From Bacteroidaceae bacterium (GTDB lineage Bacteria > Bacillota_I > Bacilli_A > RFN20 > CAG-826), in assembly GCA_963624045.1 (NCBI GenBank), contig CAVFNI010000008.1, positions 3,054 to 67,053 of the forward strand: a stretch of DNA of 64,000 nt. The letters run 5' to 3'. The notes under the pieces are model-generated. The model saw only the letters and a program-made list of their open reading frames with translations, made no database searches and was not told the origin of the DNA. Each line of letters starts with the position of its first letter. Position 1 is the stretch's first letter. Made by a program: the position numbers and the translations under genes. Shown in pieces: positions 57,314 to 64,000 of the stretch.

Positions 57314-57898
57314 ATTATCGTCAACTATGCATCGATAAGCAACGTCACTATTGCCTTCATTTTTACTTTGATGTCAAACTTGTCACTCCAATTTTGGAGA
57401 AGTAAGTTTAAGAGCAATGCTCTTTCTAAAAGATGGGCGATTTGCATGGGATATTGCAAAATCGCCGACAAAAGAAAGGGGTTTTGAGCCCCTTTTGCTT
57501 TATTATTAGCGACTACCCATCAGTTTGGATGGTAATCATAGGAAGGATGCCGGCAGAAGAATCGCTTAATAAAGAGGAATCTGGCACAGATAGGCTAGAA
57601 TAATCTTCGTGATTATGCCCCCTGCCACAAAAAGCTAGGTTCAATAAAAAAAGAAGGCGAAAAGAATGGCCATCGGTTTCTTTTGCATATGTCACTCCTT
57701 TCAAGGGCTTGGATAAATCAAGCGATTCATCTACGTAATTCAGGTATAACAAAGCGGCGTCCATAATCCTATGGCCCATATTGGCGATTAAGACCGGCAT
57801 GCCGTTCTTAAGACCCTCCCGCTTGCTTTTTCATCGCCAATTAACCAAGTCACCCCAAAATACAAAAAGATGACGTTTATCTCCTGTCAAAAACAGCC

Positions 57899-58004
57899 AT
57901 TTCTAGATATTTCTAGATAATCGTTTCGATAAAAGGCGATTTTTTAAAACTTCATATTTACAAATTTCTAGGTGTTTCTAGATAATTTCCAGATGTTCTA
58001 GAAA
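57899..58004. repeat. cluster of six approximately 10-bp TTTCTAGAT-type iterons
   Basis: ATTTCTAGAT occurs twice in tandem (57899-57918). A second block holds ATTTCTAGGT, GTTTCTAGAT, AATTTCCAGAT and GTTCTAGAAA (57964-58004). The core is the palindrome TCTAGA at helical-turn spacing. Confidence 0.6.
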
Positions 58005-58097
58005 AAATATAAGGTTTGACTTCTCTCCTTAAAAACCTATGAAAAAGTCTTTAAGTTTGATCCTTCGCCTTACTTTAAAATGAGAGAACATCAAAAA

Positions 58098-59523
58098 TCA
58101 AAAACGAAAAAGATCGTCTAATGTAATAACGGAGGTGAAAACGCCCCAATAATCACTTTTCTCCAAGCCGTATGAGGCAATAATGGTATTTCTGACTGCG
58201 GTTTTCTTGCTTACCACCGCCCTAACCGCTTCATTTCGACGATTGACGGTGAAGAAGCATTCTTTATCGACATGAAAAGGAATTGAATAGAATTTCATCT
58301 CGCAAAGATCAATGACATTGTCTTTCCTAGAAAGCACCATATCAATTTGCATGCCGTTTTCTTTCGAATGGAAGGCGCTGTAGGAAGTGTTGACGCCGGA
58401 AATGCCGAGTGCGAATTTAATTTGAGGCACGTGGTTAAAACAAAGGTTTTCGAAGGCGCGCCCGAGCCAGGAATTTATCTTGTATCCTCCATAATTTTGG
58501 CTGAAATAATCTTCGTTCTCCCCCTGGTGCAACGGAAAATTAAGATAAAAGAGGCAAAACGGATCAGCAAACTTGTAATAAGATTCTTTTTTCCCGTATC
58601 CGAAGGGGACATATTTCAAAACGAAATCACTGGCAATGAGGCCGTTTAGATAATTCGTAAGCGTCCCGCCTCCATCGATTCCCATCTTCGCAGCAATTTC
58701 CTTTCGTGTGAAACCCCCGCTGTTGGTATAGAGGATATTGACAATTTCCTTAGCTTTTTCGCCATAAGAAAAGACCGAATTAAAAAGCCGATCAAATTCG
58801 AAACATAGCTTACCATCTTTCTTAAAGAGAATGTTGTCGATGTTCTAGGCGAGCGAATATTCTTTGCTTATGCAATTAAGGTAATATGGGATTCCGCCCA
58901 AAGCCATATAGGCGCAAGCAATGTCATATCTCGTAAAATCAACGCCTTTTTCTTTGAGGAATTCTTCACATTCACTAAGAGTGAACTGGGATAATTTGAT
59001 CTCATATGTCACTCGGCCATAAAGGCCGCCATGACTATTGATAAAATTGCGTTCCATCCATGATGTGGCGCTGCCGCAGACGATCATCATCAAATTGTTT
59101 TGAGCACATCCAAAAGAATTCCAAAACCCCTCGAAGGCTTCAACGGAAAAGGATCCCTTGCTATCAAGCCATGGTAATTCATCGATAAAAACGGCCAAAC
59201 GCGAGCCATCGTCTTTTTGCTTAATGAGCCTTTCAAGCAAATAGAAAGCCTCAAACCAATCCTTCGGACGCTTAGGGCTTTCGAAGCCATAGGAAAGAAG
59301 GCTCATGTAAAAATGGTTGAGTTGCCTTTGCAGTTGGCCTATGTCGCCACCGCCATCTTCGTGTGGCGCTAAACCAGCGTGTTTAAAAGCAATTTATCGG
59401 CAAAGCACTGATTTACAAGAAACGTCTTGCCAACACGTCTTCTGCCATACGCCGCCATCAATTCCGACTGCGCAGATTCATAAAGATTCTAAAGTTCTTT
59501 TATTTCTTTTTTCTGCCAATCAT
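58098..59523 (-). pseudogene. disrupted archaeal-ATPase/DUF234-type P-loop ATPase
   Basis: The N-terminus reads M-IGRKKEIKEL*NLYESAQSELMAAYGRRRVGKTFLV. It shows a frameshift at an A6 run (59507-59512) and in-frame TAGs at 59489-59491 and 59369-59371. The two track ORFs (58845..59306 and 58098..58685) are in the same frame, separated by a TAG at 58845-58847. Confidence 0.75.
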
Positions 59524-59814
59524 ATTGTCACCTTTTTTATAGGAATTATGTTTCACAACATTTTAGCCGTTAGCGATATTTTTTATCTTTCACGGCCGAT
59601 TCGTCCTCAATCATTTTTAGGCAAAACAAGTCAAAAATCCGATATTAACTCATATTTATCGTCTTTTGTTCAAAAAAGAACTTTTTAGCCGCATAAAGGG
59701 TTTTCCATAAGTCACGGCTAAAAAGTCCAATAGCAAAAACGCCCGTTTATCATTTTTTAGTCGAGTTTGGCTACGCCTCCATCAAGGGTGATGACGTGAG
59801 CCGCCATCAAAAAC

Positions 59815-62088
59815 TTATTCGTTCACGCTGAAATAAAGGCCGCCCTTAAGGATCTTGGCAAGGCGCACCTTGATTTTGCCAAGGTTATATTCCTCGGCCC
59901 CTGGCAAAGACGGTGTTATGGCTAATTCAAAGCCCTTCGCCAATAAAGCGGACCTATATGCCTCATAGAAAGCGGCATCGACTTCCTTCGTCACGTCATT
60001 AGATAGCTGCACTTGCCCCGTGATGTAACTGCTCGACCATTTCTTATAGGTCGATGAAAGATATACGTAAGGAATATTATTCGCTTCCTCGCCGTATATT
60101 TTCTTTAAGTCGGCAAGAATAGAAGGATTTTCCTCTTCCCAGGAAGTCGGCTCTTTAAATTCCGCCAAAGTGAGTAAGGCGGACTTCATTTCGTCGGAAA
60201 TGGAAATATCCTCATACAAGAAAGTCGCTTCTTCCTTCCGATTATTCAAGATATCCCATTCATAGGTGTAGCTTATCGTCGATATCTTGCCATCTTTGAG
60301 GGTGAGCTTAGCCGTGTCGACGAGCATCGCCGAGGCGTTTTGGCTTAATGGCAAGCCGCGCGAGGCGTAAGGAAGGACGTGATCGCGGAAGGAATAGCTC
60401 CCATCTACGTTCTTGATAAAGAGAGCGCTTGAAAGGGAATGGGGAAGATTCTCCTCGATATGAGACTCGCTATCGGGGGCTTGGCTATAAAAAGAGCCGT
60501 CATCGGTCTTGATAAAATAACGAAGCTTCTCACCCGCTTGGAAATATCCTTCGGCGGTGATCTTATAATCGCCGCTAAAGAGAAGGGAAACTCTTTCGTC
60601 ATAATAGATGTCATCGGCGTAAGTGATGATCTCGCTATCATAATCGGAAAGACTATCGCGCGTGGATACACGATAAGCGGAAGAGCCGTTAAAATACGCG
60701 AAAGCGGCGTCAAGTTCGCTGATTTTAGAGGAAGCTGGAAGGTCTTCTAAGACCGTGAAAGAGAGAAGGTCACTAACGATCTTCGATTCTAAAACGAAGC
60801 GGTAAATAAAACTTTCCCCATCGTTTTGATAGGTGGCAAGAGGGAATTCGAAACGAGCGCCGTTGACCTTATCATCATCGCCAACCGTCAAACAAAAACG
60901 TTCGGGGGCGGCGTTAAGGTCATCCATCTGCCCGAAGAAATCCTTCATGCGGTTGGCGAGGCGGCCATAATAGTTATAGACGCCATCCTCAAGGCGGTAG
61001 CAAGATTGCTCGCTAAGGATTTTGGCCACCAAATCCGGGACGATATCGTCCCAAGAAAGGTATTTCTCATAAAGTTTCTCGGCGACCTTCCCCTCTTCGT
61101 CATAGCCGATTTCATAGGCGTAATCGCCTTTCTTCGTGAGCAAATCGCTCGTTTTGCTTTCGTCGACGGGATTAATGCTAATCCGCTCCGCCCGATTGGT
61201 AGTAAGCAATAATTCCGAAGCCATATTGACGCCTTGATCGAGGTTATCGATATAGACATGAAGTTCGTTATGGAGCTTAATGGGGGTCTTATCGCCAAGC
61301 TCAAAAAGGGAAAGGTCCCCTCTTTCTACCATTTTCTTCCCCAAATAATAATGTTTAAGCAAATAATCGTCGATCGTCGGGTAATAGACGTCGTCGATAT
61401 CCTCGAATAGCGACCATGTCTGGGGATAATCGATGAAGCTATTGCCACTACTTCCTTGCAAGACGAAGCCTAGATTATTGCCTAATTTATAGAAACGGAC
61501 GCGGGTTATTAGCTTTAGCGATTCCTCGTCGGCATAGCCAATCGAAGCGCTAAAAAGCTTAATCACGTAGCGGTTTTCGCTATAGACGATGCCAAAAGAC
61601 GAAGATGAAAAACTATCGAGATCTATTTTGTCTTTAAATTCGCCATAGGAGGAAAAAGCGTAGAGGCTCGATAGGTCGTTGACGTATTGAAGGGCGCCGC
61701 CCGCATAGGAATATTTGGGGGAGCCAAGCTTAATTTCCTCGTCTTCGATCTTAAAGGAATAGACGATGCTATCGCCATAGCTTTTGTCATAGCTTTCCTT
61801 AAGGAGGTAGCCTGAGCCTAGACCGGTACTGTAATAATAACTAGGCGTAAGCCAATCGCTATAGGCGTTATCGGTATATAGGCAGGAGGAGACTTTATAG
61901 CTTTCCGCGATGGCGAGTTTCTTAAGGAGGGAATAAGCCTCTTCCACGGTGGTATCCTCGATAACCGGGTCATCGTCGATCGAAGAACTAGCGGAATCGG
62001 AGGAATCTTGTTCGCTATCGTTAGAAGGGATGGAGCAAGAGAGGAGAAGAGGCAAGCAAAGAAGCCAGGATAATTTCGTTTTGTTCAT
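59815..62088 (-). CDS. large lipoprotein, unknown function
   Basis: Lipobox LLLSCS followed by a Ser/Asp-rich linker; 757 aa. Confidence 0.65.
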   Translation of the reverse strand: MNKTKLSWLLCLPLLLSCSIPSNDSEQDSSDSASSSIDDDPVIEDTTVEEAYSLLKKLAIAESYKVSSCLYTDNAYSDWLTPSYYYSTGLGSGYLLKESYDKSYGDSIVYSFKIEDEEIKLGSPKYSYAGGALQYVNDLSSLYAFSSYGEFKDKIDLDSFSSSSFGIVYSENRYVIKLFSASIGYADEESLKLITRVRFYKLGNNLGFVLQGSSGNSFIDYPQTWSLFEDIDDVYYPTIDDYLLKHYYLGKKMVERGDLSLFELGDKTPIKLHNELHVYIDNLDQGVNMASELLLTTNRAERISINPVDESKTSDLLTKKGDYAYEIGYDEEGKVAEKLYEKYLSWDDIVPDLVAKILSEQSCYRLEDGVYNYYGRLANRMKDFFGQMDDLNAAPERFCLTVGDDDKVNGARFEFPLATYQNDGESFIYRFVLESKIVSDLLSFTVLEDLPASSKISELDAAFAYFNGSSAYRVSTRDSLSDYDSEIITYADDIYYDERVSLLFSGDYKITAEGYFQAGEKLRYFIKTDDGSFYSQAPDSESHIEENLPHSLSSALFIKNVDGSYSFRDHVLPYASRGLPLSQNASAMLVDTAKLTLKDGKISTISYTYEWDILNNRKEEATFLYEDISISDEMKSALLTLAEFKEPTSWEEENPSILADLKKIYGEEANNIPYVYLSSTYKKWSSSYITGQVQLSNDVTKEVDAAFYEAYRSALLAKGFELAITPSLPGAEEYNLGKIKVRLAKILKGGLYFSVNE

Positions 62089-62097
62089 CGTTTACCC

Positions 62098-63636
62098 CTA
62101 CTTGGCCTCCACAAGGAAATAGAAGGCGTAGCCGCCGAAATAATCGTCGGCATAGGCTACTTCCAAATAAAATTGCTCATTGATATGGAAAGCGAAATCA
62201 TTTTCGCTACCATAACCGCCGCCCGACGGATAGGGGGCGTAATCGCCCCAATCATCCTCGCTAAATTCGTTAAAGGAAGGAATGGAGCGCAAATTTTTAA
62301 CGTATTCCTTTAAGGTCGCTAACCCTTCGTTTTCCTCGTCAAAAGAATCGGAGGAGAGGCTAAGCATCTTAACTTCGGCGGTGTTCTGGAAATTGTCGAT
62401 GTTCCACGTTCCGCCGATATCGAAATAAGGAATCTGCATATCCTCGCCTAGCAAAGCCAATAAATCGCTATAGATCGTCGGCTCCTTTATGGCCCATCCA
62501 TCCTCGATGTAATTCTCCAAATCGGGCGTGATGGCGGTTTGGCCGACGTCCTCGATATGGATTTCGTATTCTTTCTTGCCATCGGAGATATCGATTTCCA
62601 AATAACCATCATCATTCAAAGCTATTTTGCTTAAGATGGCCTCCGAGGAGAAGGAAAGGCCATTGATCGCTAACGACTCGATTATTTGCGCGTTTAATGG
62701 GTTTGCGATGTTGGCGAGGGCCCCGCCTTCGATTAATTCGGTAGCGAAGGAGAAGCTTGGCAATAACGAAGAAAAAGTAGATGATTTGCTCTCTTTTAGA
62801 TAGGCTTTGCCGTCGCTTCTAACCTCAAGGATCTTATAACCCGAATCGCTTTTTAGATAGCCGGTTTCCTTGTCGGTCTTATTGACATATAGGAATTTGT
62901 TCTTGTCGACCTTGTAGGTCCCATAAACATCCTCGTTGCAATAAACGCGGTAGGTATAATTGCCTTCCTTGATCTTATTGAGGGCTTCCGCGAGCTTTTG
63001 CGATTCCTCGCTTTCGGGGAGAGGGGCGATACGCTTTTCGGTATATTTAGAAGGGTTAAGGAACGAGAAGGAGAAAGAGCAAGCGACATCCAAGAAAGAG
63101 CAAGTCATCTCCAAAGCGGCCCCTCCTTCGAAAGTGAGGTTAGCTGTGATATCGGACGGCTCGCCAGATAAGGGAAGCCAATTGCCAAGCAACGCCGAAT
63201 AAAAGGATTCCCCTAGTTCGTTAAACGCGCCATCGATGGATAATTCGACGGTCTTGCTTTCCTCCTCGATATTGGCAAAGGGATTGGCGAACCGCTCATC
63301 GAAAAGAACGCCCGTCAAGGTCTTAGTCACGATTTCATTGTCGATATTAAGGCTCTTTTGCTTCACTCCGCCATTGGAGGCCTTTTCAAAATAGAATTCC
63401 TGATAACCCTCGGAAACATACGTGACGTGGTCGGCGGCGAAATCGATCGAAGCGAGGATATTTTGGCTATCTGCCGCCCCCACTCCTATTTGCCCTTCCA
63501 TCGAAGCGTTAAAGCTTTCCTTAAAAGAGGATGGCGTCAAATCCTCTTCCGCCTTAGACCCTCCGTTATCACCTGCACCGCAACCCGTTAACATGAATAA
63601 TGTTCCAAGTGTCAATGCGCCAATTCTCTTTTTCAT
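62098..63636 (-). CDS. lipoprotein, unknown function
   Basis: Lipobox FMLTGCG; 512 aa. It lies 9 nt upstream of the next lipoprotein gene. Confidence 0.65.
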   Translation of the reverse strand: MKKRIGALTLGTLFMLTGCGAGDNGGSKAEEDLTPSSFKESFNASMEGQIGVGAADSQNILASIDFAADHVTYVSEGYQEFYFEKASNGGVKQKSLNIDNEIVTKTLTGVLFDERFANPFANIEEESKTVELSIDGAFNELGESFYSALLGNWLPLSGEPSDITANLTFEGGAALEMTCSFLDVACSFSFSFLNPSKYTEKRIAPLPESEESQKLAEALNKIKEGNYTYRVYCNEDVYGTYKVDKNKFLYVNKTDKETGYLKSDSGYKILEVRSDGKAYLKESKSSTFSSLLPSFSFATELIEGGALANIANPLNAQIIESLAINGLSFSSEAILSKIALNDDGYLEIDISDGKKEYEIHIEDVGQTAITPDLENYIEDGWAIKEPTIYSDLLALLGEDMQIPYFDIGGTWNIDNFQNTAEVKMLSLSSDSFDEENEGLATLKEYVKNLRSIPSFNEFSEDDWGDYAPYPSGGGYGSENDFAFHINEQFYLEVAYADDYFGGYAFYFLVEAK

Positions 63637-64000
63637 GATGCTCTCCTAAAAATGCCATCAATCTTTATATACGAAGCGCCCATTTATTCAATACTTTTTT
63701 GTGTGTATCGCGCATAATGTCATCGGTTAACATAATCCTTTCCCGCTAAATTCATCATCCTTTGGCATGAGCCCCATAAAGCGCGGAACCAAAAACCATT
63801 TTTCCTTAGCTATGATGTTTTTGCCATCCGCAACAATATTTCAAGGGGCTCAAAAAGATTCAGCAATCACAAAAAATTCTCTAGCAGCACACCAAATTGG
63901 TGATGACCCTTGGCGGCCTTCAAATGGCATATAATTGACATCGCGAACAAGACCTTCGTCACGTCCTGCTGGCGGACGTCACGTTGAGGAGGGTCGACGT

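Noticed and set aside
57513-57800. 95-aa minus-strand ORF downstream of the iteron cluster
   Set aside because: It has no recognisable motif and odd composition. It could be real or a fragment, and the evidence is insufficient to list it as a feature.

Overview
The window is a chromosomal segment that looks like low-to-moderate G+C Bacillota. pheST carries a Phe T-box leader, and TGA is used as a stop (for example at the pheS end), so this is code 11, not the Mollicutes code 4.

The left third (about 1-24 kb, all on the minus strand) is a defence island with three parts.
1. A very tightly packed operon. It runs: a 77-aa gene, a 335-aa gene, a 703-aa GHKL (Bergerat-fold) ATPase, 307-aa and 268-aa genes, an HpaII-like restriction endonuclease, a C5-cytosine methyltransferase, a 209-aa HEPN-like gene, and a further ORF that runs off the left edge.
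2. cas2-cas1 next to a 14-repeat CRISPR array.
3. A type III effector operon whose fused-RAMP layout matches the described III-Dv architecture. It has an HD-less Cas10, a Cas7-Cas5-Cas11-like fusion, Cas7-2x, a Csx19-sized protein, Cas7 with an insertion, and Cas6. It ends in an unassigned 918-aa protein with two CARF-like modules.

The two best candidates for something undescribed are the GHKL cassette welded to the R-M pair and the 918-aa tandem-CARF protein. A G+C-rich, hairpin-rich 0.3-kb non-coding block sits between the array and the effector operon.

The rest of the window is mostly housekeeping: pheS/pheT, a TrmH-family methyltransferase, an ABC ATPase, glgP, glgB, ackA, nrnA and rpiA. 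Accessory features are interspersed:
- intact and decayed P-loop ATPase paralogues;
- an AlbA_2/Schlafen-like gene bracketed by perfect 106-bp direct repeats between glgP and glgB;
- repeated palindromic operators;
- a TCTAGA-type iteron cluster;
- a very A+T-rich tract;
- large lipoprotein genes.

All functional calls come from motifs I recognised by eye. No database search was possible.
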